A DNA stretch of 23,646 nt, taken from IMG/VR virus record IMGVR_UViG_3300046517_001084, one strand, 5' to 3'. A program made the translations under genes and the position numbers. The stretch comes from an uncultured virus (IMG/VR IMGVR_UViG_3300046517_001084). Its lineage: Duplodnaviria > Heunggongvirae > Uroviricota > Caudoviricetes. The notes beneath the pieces are model-generated. The model searched no databases, was not told where the DNA came from, and saw only the letters and a list, made by a program, of their open reading frames with translations. Position 1 is the stretch's first letter. Every line of letters begins with the position of its first letter. Of the stretch, positions 1 through 8,602 are shown in pieces.

Positions 1-122
1 AGCGCTTCGATGTGCGGGACGATCCAGTCTTCGGCGATCTCGATGCCGGTCTTGCCGTTGGCGTAACCGAACTGGGCGAGGCCGCAGATCACGGCGTCCA
101 TGCGCGGGTCGTTGGCGTCCAT
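1..122 (-). CDS. Hypothetical phage protein, 5' part only (MDANDPRMDAVICGLAQFGYANGKTG...), runs off the window
   Basis: ATG overlaps the stop of the upstream ATPase (TGATG); frame stays open to position 1. Confidence 0.65.
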   Translation of the reverse strand, partial: MDANDPRMDAVICGLAQFGYANGKTGIEIAEDWIVPHIEA

Positions 123-859
123 CACGCGGCTCCGAGGCGGCGGTCGTTGCCGCCGATCGCGACGACGGTGGTCGTCTGGGCGAGGCGGGAGGTGATGCGC
201 TGGCCGAGCTGGTCGTGAAGGTCGGTCCCGCGCTTCTTGCCGTCCCTGTCCCGGGAGTCGACGGGAAGGTTGCTGGTGATGATCAACGGGCGGCATTCGT
301 TGTACCGCTCGTTCAAGATCCGGTAGGTGGCTTCCTCCGTGAACTCGCTGATCTTCTCCGTGCCGAGATCGTCGATCAGCAGCAGCGGTATCCGCATCAA
401 CCGCTTCACTTCGTACTCCGGTCCGCGGTCGCTGCCGCCGGGCCGGATCAGCGCGTACATGTCCGGCGCAGTCACGGCGATCAACTCGAACCGGTCCGGG
501 CCAGCCTCAGCGATCCGACGCAGCGCCCCGTAAGCCTGGTGCGTCTTGCCGGTGCCGAACGACCCGGTCAGGAAGAGGATCCCGGCGGTGCGCGGGTCGG
601 TGATGGCCCGGTCCGCCCAGGCAATCACCTGCTCGTTGCTGGCTACCGCATCCTGGTAGCGGTAGGGCGTGGCGGTCTTCCAGCGGTTCAGGGCGATCGT
701 CGCGCGCTGGCGGCGGTGGTACTCGGGGTGGCCCGGTTCGTCCGGGGTGGGCGTGTCGTCGATGGGGCCGGCGGTGATGTGGCCGAGGCCGCGGGCCTCA
801 AGCATCCGTTGCATGCGCTGCATGACGGCCTCACTCGCCAGAGGCTGGGGGTCGGGCAT
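122..859 (-). CDS. DnaC/IstB-like AAA+ ATPase (putative helicase loader)
   Basis: Walker A GSFGTGKT, Walker B LLLIDDLG, IITSN sensor, RITSRL; directly downstream of the replication initiator; start taken at MPDPQ. Confidence 0.9.
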   Translation of the reverse strand: MPDPQPLASEAVMQRMQRMLEARGLGHITAGPIDDTPTPDEPGHPEYHRRQRATIALNRWKTATPYRYQDAVASNEQVIAWADRAITDPRTAGILFLTGSFGTGKTHQAYGALRRIAEAGPDRFELIAVTAPDMYALIRPGGSDRGPEYEVKRLMRIPLLLIDDLGTEKISEFTEEATYRILNERYNECRPLIITSNLPVDSRDRDGKKRGTDLHDQLGQRITSRLAQTTTVVAIGGNDRRLGAA

Positions 860-1808
860 GGCTGTGGAATCCGTTCTCGTAGACGGAGTGATCAGTTGGG
901 GGTTCGAACGGGGTGTGGCCGCTCGACCGTTGGCGCGGCGCGGCGGGTGTTTCCCCGTTGCTCTCAGGTAGGGCGCGCCAGCCAGGGATGAAGTAGCTGC
1001 CGGAGCGGGGGCGGGACTTGGCTCCGTGCCACATCCCTTCGGCGTGATCGACGAGCACCGAGACGCCGGACTTCTGAATGAGCGCCTCGATGAGGAACCA
1101 CTCGGTGCTGTGGAGGTCCCAGCCGACGACCATCCCGGCGGACGTGAGCGCATCGACGAGCGGGCGAGATGCGTCGGGGATTCGAGGTCGATCGCCGATG
1201 CGGGGCAAGTCGGTCCCGCTAGCTAGCTCTTCTTCCGCAGGAAGAAGAGTGGGGTTGGGCTGGGCTGGGCTAGTTACGCGCGCGTTCTTCAGGGTGTAAC
1301 GGCGTGACGGATCGCCTTGACCTGCACCGCTATCCGGAAACCGGGGTTCGGTTGGGGTCTCACCTGAACCCCGGGTGGACCCCCGGTTGGGGTCCCGGTT
1401 GAGCCCCCAGTTGAGGTTTGATTCGGCTTCCGCCTCGGCCGCCGCGGCCTCCTCGGCGAGGCGTGCGCGGCGGCGGCGCTGCCTCTCGGCGCCTGCGTCG
1501 CGGGAGGCCTTCACTTCCGACTTGGAACGGTTGTATTCGAGGAAGTCGTGGATGATGTAGTCGCCTTTGTCGGGCTGTACGCAGCCTCCGCATGCGTGCC
1601 CTTCGCCGTGGAGCATCGAGAGGTCGGCCAGCTTGCGCAGTTGCGCTGCCGTCCCGTAGTCGCGTGCGACGGGGCCTGGGACGACACCTTCGGTGTTGTG
1701 TCGGGCCGAGTACGCACCGAGACGGCAGAACAGGCCAGCCGCCGCATTACCCGCCTTGCGGATCTTGGGGTGGTTGTCGAATCCGTCGTCGACTGCGAAC
1801 CAGGCCAT
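831..1808 (-). CDS. Phage replication initiator (replisome organiser)
   Basis: N-terminus MAWFAVDDGFDNHPK...YIIHDFLEYN typical of actinophage replication proteins, basic RQRRRR helix, low-complexity linker; upstream of DnaC-like gene. Confidence 0.8.
   Translation of the reverse strand: MAWFAVDDGFDNHPKIRKAGNAAAGLFCRLGAYSARHNTEGVVPGPVARDYGTAAQLRKLADLSMLHGEGHACGGCVQPDKGDYIIHDFLEYNRSKSEVKASRDAGAERQRRRRARLAEEAAAAEAEAESNLNWGLNRDPNRGSTRGSGETPTEPRFPDSGAGQGDPSRRYTLKNARVTSPAQPNPTLLPAEEELASGTDLPRIGDRPRIPDASRPLVDALTSAGMVVGWDLHSTEWFLIEALIQKSGVSVLVDHAEGMWHGAKSRPRSGSYFIPGWRALPESNGETPAAPRQRSSGHTPFEPPTDHSVYENGFHSHARPPASGE
1368..1415 (-). repeat. Four imperfect 12-bp tandem repeats in the initiator gene (possible iterons)
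   Basis: Minus strand CTCAACTGGGGG / CTCAACCGGGAC / CCCAACCGGGGG / TCCACCCGGGGT. Confidence 0.55.
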
Positions 1809-1877
1809 CAGGGCTTCTCTCGTCGAGCAGGTTGATAAAGGGCGGCAGGTGCTCTGCGGCCTACGGCGGCCGGCTGC

Positions 1878-2492
1878 TCATCGGCTGGCCTTGCGGTTGA
1901 GGTAGGGCTTGTGGCGCTTGAGGAGCCGGTCCTCGAGCTGGTAGGCGTGCTCGCGGTCGTCACACGGGTGGGCTTGCCAGCGGACGAACCGCTTGCCGTT
2001 CTTCTCGTGGGCGGTCATGCGTGGGCTGAACTTGTCCGTCGAGCCGACGTAGCAGGGCTCGTTGGCGTCGTCGAACAGGACGTAGACCACGGGGACCCCG
2101 TAGATCGGCCGGGGGGCGTCGCGTGAGATTGGGTACTCGCCCACCCAGCTGCCTTCGGGGCCGTTCGGCAGCTGCTTGGCCAGTTGGATGAGCCGTCGGT
2201 GGGAGATGCCGACGATTTCGTCCCAGGCGCTCATGCGTCCGGACATCTCGAGGCTGCGGATCTCGGTGAATGCGGCGCAGAGCTGGTGCTGCGTGATTCG
2301 GCCAGTGCGGTAGTCGGTGGCGATCCGGTGGAGCGTCTGCTCGAGCGTGCTACGGCGGGCGGCGGCGAGTCGGGTCTCCTTCTCCTGGATCAGCCGTATG
2401 TGCTGGAGGGTTCCGGCGATGGATGCCTTGAGGTCTGCGGGGAGCTCCGCCCTGTTGTCCTGCACTGCTGCCTTCTCTCGGGTGGAGGGCAT
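1878..2492 (-). CDS. GIY-YIG nuclease family protein with N-terminal helical domain
   Basis: VVYVLFD..EPCYVGST...RMTAH and AYQLEDRLLKRHKPYLN match the GIY-YIG motifs; start taken at MPSTREK. Confidence 0.8.
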   Translation of the reverse strand: MPSTREKAAVQDNRAELPADLKASIAGTLQHIRLIQEKETRLAAARRSTLEQTLHRIATDYRTGRITQHQLCAAFTEIRSLEMSGRMSAWDEIVGISHRRLIQLAKQLPNGPEGSWVGEYPISRDAPRPIYGVPVVYVLFDDANEPCYVGSTDKFSPRMTAHEKNGKRFVRWQAHPCDDREHAYQLEDRLLKRHKPYLNRKASR

Positions 2493-2531
2493 GGGGATGA
2501 AGTGCTCTGGCGCTCGGCGCCTTGCCCAGCC

Positions 2532-2582
2532 ATGATACTTTAAAGATTGGAAATTATGGAAAGGATCACCATGACTTACACT
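2532..2582. promoter_or_regulatory. AT-rich divergent promoter pair between the GIY-YIG and Phd-like genes
   Basis: Minus strand TTCCAT-18nt-TATCAT (2561..2532); plus strand TACACT (2577-2582) 6 nt before ATG 2589, suggesting a leaderless transcript; TGGAAA at 2548 and 2557. Confidence 0.55.
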
Positions 2583-2588
2583 CTTGCC

Positions 2589-2810
2589 ATGGCCTCGGAC
2601 CTGGAACCCCGCATCGCCGCCGACGGCGTGCAGGAAGTGCCGCTGACCAAGGCGCGCGCCCTCCTGACCCGCGTGATCGAGCAGGCCCTCGAAGAAGGAG
2701 TGGTCAGCGCGCTCACCGTGCGCAGCCGGCGTCGCGTTTACGTCGTGACGCCGACGTTCTACGAGCAGGCCCTCGAGGACCGTGCTCGCCTCGAGTCGCT
2801 CGAGACCTAG
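2589..2810 (+). CDS. Phd/YefM antitoxin-like DNA-binding protein
   Basis: EVPLTKARALLTRVIEQA...VSALTVRSRRRVYVV fits the Phd/YefM beta-alpha-beta-beta pattern; only plus-strand gene in the early operon; alternative start 2571. Confidence 0.65.
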   Translation: MASDLEPRIAADGVQEVPLTKARALLTRVIEQALEEGVVSALTVRSRRRVYVVTPTFYEQALEDRARLESLET

Positions 2811-2837
2811 CTGCGTCACGTCTCCTCCTCTCCTTCG

Positions 2838-2864
2838 GCCCCGCGGGTCACCGCGGGGCTTTGT
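2838..2864 (+). terminator. Intrinsic terminator after the Phd-like gene
   Basis: GCCCCGCGG-GTCA-CCGCGGGGC followed by TTTGT. Confidence 0.65.
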
Positions 2865-2903
2865 CGTGTGGTTAGTGGCCGGCGTGGGCCGGGCGGGAGG
2901 CGG

Positions 2904-4718
2904 TCACGCGGCTGCGGCCAGTTCTGGCTGCGTGTGGCGTTCGATGTCGTCGCCGGTGATTGCTTCGACGAGTGCGCTGACGATGACTTCGGCGCAGTTC
3001 GGGGTGACGGCATTGCCGTATTGGCGGACCTTTTCGCGCTTGGAGCCGAGGACTATGTACTGGTCGGCGAATGACATGGCCCGGCCGATCTCGTGGGGTT
3101 CGAGCATCCGGAAGCGGACGTCGGCGATGTCGACCTTGCCGTGGACGAGGGCGTACCGGTCGCGGGTGGACAGGGTGCCGATCGGCTCATGGACGGGGCG
3201 TGCCTGCCCGTTGCCGTAGTACGGGACCAGCAGGTGCTCCCAGGTGACCAGGGACTGGTGACCGGCGGTGGTGAGGGTGCGGAAGTACTCGTCTGCTGGG
3301 GTGCAGTGCTCGCCGCCGGGCCCGTTGCGGCTGCCGTTGTTCCGCATGACCATGGCCGGGATGTCGGGGGTGACGAGTCCGTGGTGGTTGCCGTTGGCGG
3401 AGACGGTGCCGAGGGCTTCGCGGATGGAGCGCCCGCGGAGCTGGTCGCCGCCGCCGCGCATGGTGACCATGAACGGGAGCCAGGCCAGGCCGGTTTCGTT
3501 GCGCGCGGTCTGGGTGCGCAGCGGGCTATTCGCGGTGGCGGGTTCTTTGCCGTCGCGCCCTTCGACGGGGATGAGCAGCGGCGGGATCGCGAGGCCGTCG
3601 TTCTCGCGGGTGGTGCGGCAGGCCATGGGGTCCAGGACGCTGGACGGGTCGTTGCGCCAGGTGCCGCCCGCCGGGACCATGAACGGCTCGTAGGCCATGG
3701 CCTTGGTCGGGGTGGTGGTCTGCGTGGTCAGGGGCGCGTCGACGGGCCAGGTCCGCACGCCGGGGCGCCGCTCGAAGGTGTTGCCCGCGGCTTCCAGGGT
3801 GATGGGGCGGGCGAACTTGTCGAGGCCGGCCTGGATGCGGGCGAGGGTCTTGTCGGCGAGGGGCTTGGGCCGGTCGCCGATGCGCTGGCCGGGCAGCGTC
3901 CAGTCGATGGCGACCGCTGCGGGGAGCGTCTCGGGTTCGAGGATCTGGCTTCGGCAGGCGGTGTTGGGACAGCGGTACACGTATTGCTGGCGGTAGCGGC
4001 CCATGTCGCGGCCGGGGGTCTTGAACCGCTGAACGGCTTGGACCCACTGGTCGCAGCCGGTGCACCAGGCGCGGGGGCGCAGCCACTTGTCCCAGTCGGG
4101 GGTGCGGCCCAGGCTGCGGTGCCAGTAGGCGACGTACAGTCGGTCCCTTGATTGCGGCGCCTTGTGGACAGTGCGGGGGTCGGCGTGCATCGAGTTCAGG
4201 GCGATGACGCGGGTGTCGTATCCGAGCTTTTTGATCTCGCCGATCCAGCGGTCCCACTGGTCCCAGGCGCGGACGTCGACGACGTTCTCGACGACGCCAG
4301 CCTTCACCAGCCCGCCGCGGCGTTGAACGCCCCGCAGGTACATGGGGACTTCCTCCATCAGCGCGCGGGAGCGTTCGACTTCCTCCGACGGGGCGAAGGC
4401 GTCGCCAAACAGGTCGCCCTGCTGGCTGGTGGCGAAGTCCCGCTTCTTGCCGCGCGCGTTGGACCACTGCGGGCACTCCGGGCTGGCCCAGAAGATGTCG
4501 GTGACGGGCCACTGCTCGACCGGGGCTTCACGGATGTCGCCGCGGTAATGGTCGACTTCGGGGAAGTTCGCGGCATGCGAGTCGATGGCCTTCTGCCAGT
4601 GGTTCGCGGCGCGTTCGACGCGGACGCCGGGGATGGCGTGCATGCCCTGCGAGCTGCCGCCGGCGCCACAGAACCAGTCCATGACGGTCAGTGCGTCGCT
4701 GTCGTTGCGGTACATCAC
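2904..4718 (-). CDS. DNA cytosine-C5 methyltransferase
   Basis: Motif I DWFCGAGG, motif IV SPEC, motif VI ENV, motif VIII QSRDRLY, motif X RQYGNAV. Confidence 0.92.
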   Translation of the reverse strand: MMYRNDSDALTVMDWFCGAGGSSQGMHAIPGVRVERAANHWQKAIDSHAANFPEVDHYRGDIREAPVEQWPVTDIFWASPECPQWSNARGKKRDFATSQQGDLFGDAFAPSEEVERSRALMEEVPMYLRGVQRRGGLVKAGVVENVVDVRAWDQWDRWIGEIKKLGYDTRVIALNSMHADPRTVHKAPQSRDRLYVAYWHRSLGRTPDWDKWLRPRAWCTGCDQWVQAVQRFKTPGRDMGRYRQQYVYRCPNTACRSQILEPETLPAAVAIDWTLPGQRIGDRPKPLADKTLARIQAGLDKFARPITLEAAGNTFERRPGVRTWPVDAPLTTQTTTPTKAMAYEPFMVPAGGTWRNDPSSVLDPMACRTTRENDGLAIPPLLIPVEGRDGKEPATANSPLRTQTARNETGLAWLPFMVTMRGGGDQLRGRSIREALGTVSANGNHHGLVTPDIPAMVMRNNGSRNGPGGEHCTPADEYFRTLTTAGHQSLVTWEHLLVPYYGNGQARPVHEPIGTLSTRDRYALVHGKVDIADVRFRMLEPHEIGRAMSFADQYIVLGSKREKVRQYGNAVTPNCAEVIVSALVEAITGDDIERHTQPELAAAA

Positions 4719-5530
4719 GCGGCCTCCTTGTATGCGCTGCGGTAGATCTGGAGTGCGCGTTGGAGTCCGTCGCGGGTGACGCCGAGGCGTTCGGCGGCCT
4801 GCTCGCGGGTGTGGCCCTGGCGTTCGAGTTCGAGGCCGTTCTCGGAGAGGACGACGTAGCGGGGCGTCGGGCCGGTGGCGGGCGTGAAGTCCGGGTTGTC
4901 GAAGTCGTCTTCGTCCCAGTAGTCCGGGCCCGCCCAGTCGTGCCGTTCGGCGCGCGACAGGGCCTTGGCGCTGGTTCCGGCGGTCCCGGAGAGGGCTCGG
5001 TAGGCCTGGATGACGGCAAAGTGGTTGGTGACCGAGACCGCCTTCCTGGCGCCGCGGACGATGTACTCGACACTCCGGAGTTCCAGTTCAGGGACGCTCG
5101 CGGCGATGGCGGCCGGGCCGTGGCCGATCGCGTACAGGGCTCGGCAGCGGCGGGTGCTGCCGAGTGCGGGTACGTAGCCCACGCCGACGTACTGGCGGGG
5201 CCGGACCGCGAGGATCTTCTCGGCGGTGGCGCGGTGGATTCGGGGGAAGGCGCCGCGGGCGTGGACCGTGATCGTGCTGACGCTCACGCCTGCGGCTGCC
5301 GCGATCTGGCAGGTCGTCATGTCGCTGGCCAGTAGGAGCGTGATGTGTTCGGTGACCGGGGCGGCCGGGACGGATGCGGGGCGTCCTTCGAGGCGGGCGA
5401 GGAGGCGTTTTTGTCCGGCGCGGGTCCATCCGGCGACGCAGCGGTCGCAGTGGCAGGCGGGGCGGTTGACGGTCCCCTTGTAGCGGGCTTGGCTTCCGTG
5501 GGGCGGGAGCGGCTTGCTGGCGGTCGTCAT
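4715..5530 (-). CDS. Phage protein with N-terminal CxCxxC and probable HTH motifs
   Basis: HGSQARYKG...CHCDRC; QIAAAAGVSVSTI and EQAAERLGVTRDGL HTH-like segments; overlaps both neighbours. Confidence 0.75.
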   Translation of the reverse strand: MTTASKPLPPHGSQARYKGTVNRPACHCDRCVAGWTRAGQKRLLARLEGRPASVPAAPVTEHITLLLASDMTTCQIAAAAGVSVSTITVHARGAFPRIHRATAEKILAVRPRQYVGVGYVPALGSTRRCRALYAIGHGPAAIAASVPELELRSVEYIVRGARKAVSVTNHFAVIQAYRALSGTAGTSAKALSRAERHDWAGPDYWDEDDFDNPDFTPATGPTPRYVVLSENGLELERQGHTREQAAERLGVTRDGLQRALQIYRSAYKEAA

Positions 5531-5817
5531 TGCTGCTGTTCTCCCGTCGGGTAGAGGGGCTGGATGCTGGCGGCGTACTGGTCGAGGTGGTGGTCGAGGA
5601 GGGCGAGTTCTTGGAGGGCGTCGGGTCCGTCGTGGTAGCGGCGCACGAGCGGGTGCTGGTTGCGGCGTGCTTCGGCCCGTTCGGCTCGTCGTTTGCGCCA
5701 GGTTCCGGTGGTGAGGTGGGCGGCGTACACGGCGCCTATGAGGGCGCCGAGGACCATGGCGGCGGGGACGTAGGGGGCTGCGGTGAGTGCCCAGCCGGCC
5801 ATGTCGAGGACGGTCAT
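5527..5817 (-). CDS. Hypothetical protein with N-terminal hydrophobic helix
   Basis: ATGA overlaps on both sides; AAMVLGALIGAVYAA segment. Confidence 0.7.
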   Translation of the reverse strand: MTVLDMAGWALTAAPYVPAAMVLGALIGAVYAAHLTTGTWRKRRAERAEARRNQHPLVRRYHDGPDALQELALLDHHLDQYAASIQPLYPTGEQQQ

Positions 5818-6629
5818 GTCATGCACCACCCGGAGTCGCAGTTGCCGTCGGACTCGTCGAACATCGGGAGCAGGTCGACGCCGTCCGGGATCGCCTCGCG
5901 CAGCGGCTTGTTGAACCGGGTCAGATAGACGTGGTCCTTGCCCAGTTCATCGCGCCGCCGGTTCAGCAGCTCTTCGAGCTGGCACGACTTCTCGAACAGC
6001 TCGGGCTCGTCGCGCCGCTGGTTGTGCCAGGTCTCCGGCCGGTGGAAGGGGCAGAAGTAGCAGCTGCTCTTCGGCGGTACCGGGAGTCCTGCGTCGCGGA
6101 TAATGCGGGCGCAGTCGGTGCGGCGCAGACCGAGGTCCAGCAGCGGGTAGGTGATGACCTCGTGCGGCTCGGTACGCCGGTTGTTGGCCCGGTGGATCTC
6201 ATCGACGGAGATCCCGATGCCTATGACGGCCGGGTTGGCGGCGGTCGCGCCACGTCGTTTCAGCTCGCGACCGATGACCTCGATCTTGTAGGTGGCTGTA
6301 CAGGAGCGCGTGCCCGGGGCCCCGTTGGACATCCGCACGGGGATCTTCAGGGACTTGGAGCCCTCCCGCGTCAGGTCCTGGAGCAGGGTCCGTGTCTCGC
6401 CGGTGCGCTGCATGATCCGGTCGAGGACGGTCAGCTCGATGCCGTGCTCGGCCGCGTAGGGCTTGGCGTACTCGTCGAGGTACTTGAGCGTGCCGGGGTT
6501 CTCGCTGTCGTCGCCGACGTTGGCCATGAGGAAGGTGCGGAAGTCGATGCGCTTCTGTGCGGCGAGGACGAGCAGCCCGGTCGACTGAACGCCTCCGCCA
6601 TAGCTGATGGACCGAAGCTCGCTCATCAC
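5814..6629 (-). CDS. PAPS reductase family (PP-loop) phage protein
   Basis: SYGGGVQST PP-loop, RSCT...KI, YPLLDLG, SSCYFCPF, C-terminal CDSGWC. Confidence 0.85.
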   Translation of the reverse strand: MMSELRSISYGGGVQSTGLLVLAAQKRIDFRTFLMANVGDDSENPGTLKYLDEYAKPYAAEHGIELTVLDRIMQRTGETRTLLQDLTREGSKSLKIPVRMSNGAPGTRSCTATYKIEVIGRELKRRGATAANPAVIGIGISVDEIHRANNRRTEPHEVITYPLLDLGLRRTDCARIIRDAGLPVPPKSSCYFCPFHRPETWHNQRRDEPELFEKSCQLEELLNRRRDELGKDHVYLTRFNKPLREAIPDGVDLLPMFDESDGNCDSGWCMT

Positions 6630-7003
6630 GCCGCCTTTCGCTGTTCGGTGCGGGCGGCCTGCCGGTCCTCGATGAACTTCCGTCCGGCGGCGGTGAGGAG
6701 GTAGACGTAGACGGGCTTGCCGTGGGCCTTCTCGTTGACGGAGGGGACGTCGCCGACGTGCTCCAGGACGAGCGGGTTCTTCCGCCTGGTGAGGCCGGTG
6801 AAGTACAAGCCGGCGGCGCCGCGCCCGGTCTCGGGCATGATCGCCCGCATGTCGTTGGCGCTGAACGTGCCGTGAACATCGGCAACGTGCAGCAGGGCCT
6901 GGTCGAACAGGGCCTCGGTCCAGCCGGTGACGGTGCCGTACAGGGCGGCGAGCTGGGCGTTCGCTGCGGCACGGGCCTCATCGGGGGTGGCGAAGTCGGT
7001 CAT
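6626..7003 (-). CDS. Hypothetical protein, possibly winged helix (MTDFATPDEARAA...)
   Basis: Coupled overlaps with both neighbours; ordinary globular composition. Confidence 0.75.
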   Translation of the reverse strand: MTDFATPDEARAAANAQLAALYGTVTGWTEALFDQALLHVADVHGTFSANDMRAIMPETGRGAAGLYFTGLTRRKNPLVLEHVGDVPSVNEKAHGKPVYVYLLTAAGRKFIEDRQAARTEQRKAA

Positions 7004-7329
7004 GACTGCGTCTCCGTCAGCTCGATGGTGCGGCCGGTGTGGTTGCTGTCGAAGGCCCAGTGGTTGCGGTTGCCGCTGAAGGCGGGCACGTCGACCAGGT
7101 CGGCGCCGAGAGTGACGGCGCCGAGCACGACCGCCTCGTGGACGGTGGCCCGGTCGAACGTCTTGAGGTGGGCGTAGGGGCCGTCGGCGCCGTTGCGCAG
7201 TTCGGGCACGATCAGGGCGGCGTGCCGCTGGTTGCGCTTGATGTAGCAAGGGCGGCCGAATGAGGAGCGGAAGCGGAGCAGAGCGATCAGGTTCCGGATG
7301 GCGGGACGGTAGAGGGAGATCTCGGTCAT
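7000..7329 (-). CDS. Hypothetical protein
   Basis: ATGA overlaps on both sides; purine-rich RBS upstream. Confidence 0.72.
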   Translation of the reverse strand: MTEISLYRPAIRNLIALLRFRSSFGRPCYIKRNQRHAALIVPELRNGADGPYAHLKTFDRATVHEAVVLGAVTLGADLVDVPAFSGNRNHWAFDSNHTGRTIELTETQS

Positions 7330-7721
7330 GACGCGTTCCCCTCTCCAGGAAGCGCGAGGCCGAGGTGTGCGCGGGCTTCCTTGTCGAGGCCCTGGCTGAT
7401 GGCGAGTTCGTGGGTGCTGTTGATCCGCCAGTCGACGCCTTGCTGGCAGCCGAACCCGGAAGTGTCGGACCAGGCGACGACGGTGAACCAGCGGTCGTCG
7501 CTAAGGCGGCCCAGCATGTTGATGTCAGTGGAGGCGTAGCCCTCGGGCGAGGTGGCCCACAGGTTGGTGATCTCGATGATCTGGCCAGGCTCAGGCGCGT
7601 CAACGCCCCGGTCTGCGTACTCGTACAGCGAGTCCCAGAGGTACTCGTCGAACTCGATCTCCGTCTTGAACGCCCTGGCCAGCTCTGTGAGGCGGCCGTA
7701 CAGCGCCTGATGGTTCGTCAT
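7326..7721 (-). CDS. Hypothetical protein (MTNHQALYGRL...)
   Basis: AAGGAG RBS upstream of ATG; ATGA overlap downstream. Confidence 0.75.
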   Translation of the reverse strand: MTNHQALYGRLTELARAFKTEIEFDEYLWDSLYEYADRGVDAPEPGQIIEITNLWATSPEGYASTDINMLGRLSDDRWFTVVAWSDTSGFGCQQGVDWRINSTHELAISQGLDKEARAHLGLALPGEGNAS

Positions 7722-7786
7722 CCGTGTTCTCCTTGGGCTGTGGGGCTGCCGCAGGTTCGGGCCGCGGCAGCCCCGAAGGCGGTTAG

Positions 7787-8602
7787 CTAGTCGACGAGTT
7801 CGCCCTCGATGGGGCCGTCGTCCTCGGGGTCGGTGTCGTCCAGGACGGACGGCTGGGGCGGGAGCGGGGCGCTGGCGACGCTCGTGAGTTCTCCGGCTAC
7901 TTCGGCCTGGGCGCGGAGCTGCTCGCGCATGTACTCGGCGCTGGTGGGGACCCATTTGGCGAGTTGCCGGACGGCCGACTTGAGCCACATGGATTCTTCG
8001 TTGGTGTTCCACGGGGAGTAGTCGGAGTTCTTGGAGTCGGACTTCGCCTTGATCTCCATGACGCGCTGGCGGTTGAGGACGACGACCTTGGAGACCGCGC
8101 CGTCCTTCATGACCGCGTAGGCGTATACGCCGACGAGTGCGCCGCGGTCGGCTCCGAACCAGTCGATGCCGTGGATGGGCCGGTCGTCGCGGCCGGGCGT
8201 GTACTGGAAGGTGTCGGCGGCGCGGACGGCTTCGACGATGACGGTGGAGACGGCGCCGGCCCGGTAGATGAGTTCGACGATGCCCTGGTAGCCGACGATG
8301 CCCTTGATGATCTGCTTGCCGCCATGGGCCTTGGACTTGCGGGGGGTCAGGTAGAACTGCTCGGTGCCGGGCTCCAGGCCGAGGCGGGCGGCGACCTTCA
8401 TCTCCCGTAGGAACACGCCGACGTCGGTCTGGGCGGCGGCCATGAGGTTGCGGTCACCGCGGATGGCGCCGACGGCGAGGCGGATCCACTGGTCGGGGTT
8501 GATGTGGGAGGGGACGAGGGCGGCGTACTCGTCGCGGTACTGCTCGATCTGCGCGGCGGGTCCGTTGTCGCGGGTGGCGATGGCGTTGCTGATCTGGCTC
8601 AT
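7787..8602 (-). CDS. recT: RecT-family ssDNA annealing recombinase
   Basis: AARLGLEPG..FYLTP, GIVGYQGIVELIYRAG, GVYAYA, SPW...MWLKSAVRQLAKWVP, acidic tail; adjacent to exonuclease. Confidence 0.92.
   Translation of the reverse strand: MSQISNAIATRDNGPAAQIEQYRDEYAALVPSHINPDQWIRLAVGAIRGDRNLMAAAQTDVGVFLREMKVAARLGLEPGTEQFYLTPRKSKAHGGKQIIKGIVGYQGIVELIYRAGAVSTVIVEAVRAADTFQYTPGRDDRPIHGIDWFGADRGALVGVYAYAVMKDGAVSKVVVLNRQRVMEIKAKSDSKNSDYSPWNTNEESMWLKSAVRQLAKWVPTSAEYMREQLRAQAEVAGELTSVASAPLPPQPSVLDDTDPEDDGPIEGELVD

Noticed and set aside
860..1153. Upstream extension of the DnaC-like ORF overlapping the initiator (possible frameshift fusion)
   Set aside because: The extension is low-complexity S/P/A/R sequence typical of off-frame high-GC DNA; no slippery site noticed.
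2493..2819. N-terminal extension of the GIY-YIG ORF
   Set aside because: It is antisense to the Phd-like gene and crosses the AT-rich promoter region.
7523..7542. TGTCAGTG inside a CDS as a fourth RecA-NDp promoter
   Set aside because: Spacing to the next TA is 6 nt, the hexamer lacks the final T, and it is antisense within a gene.
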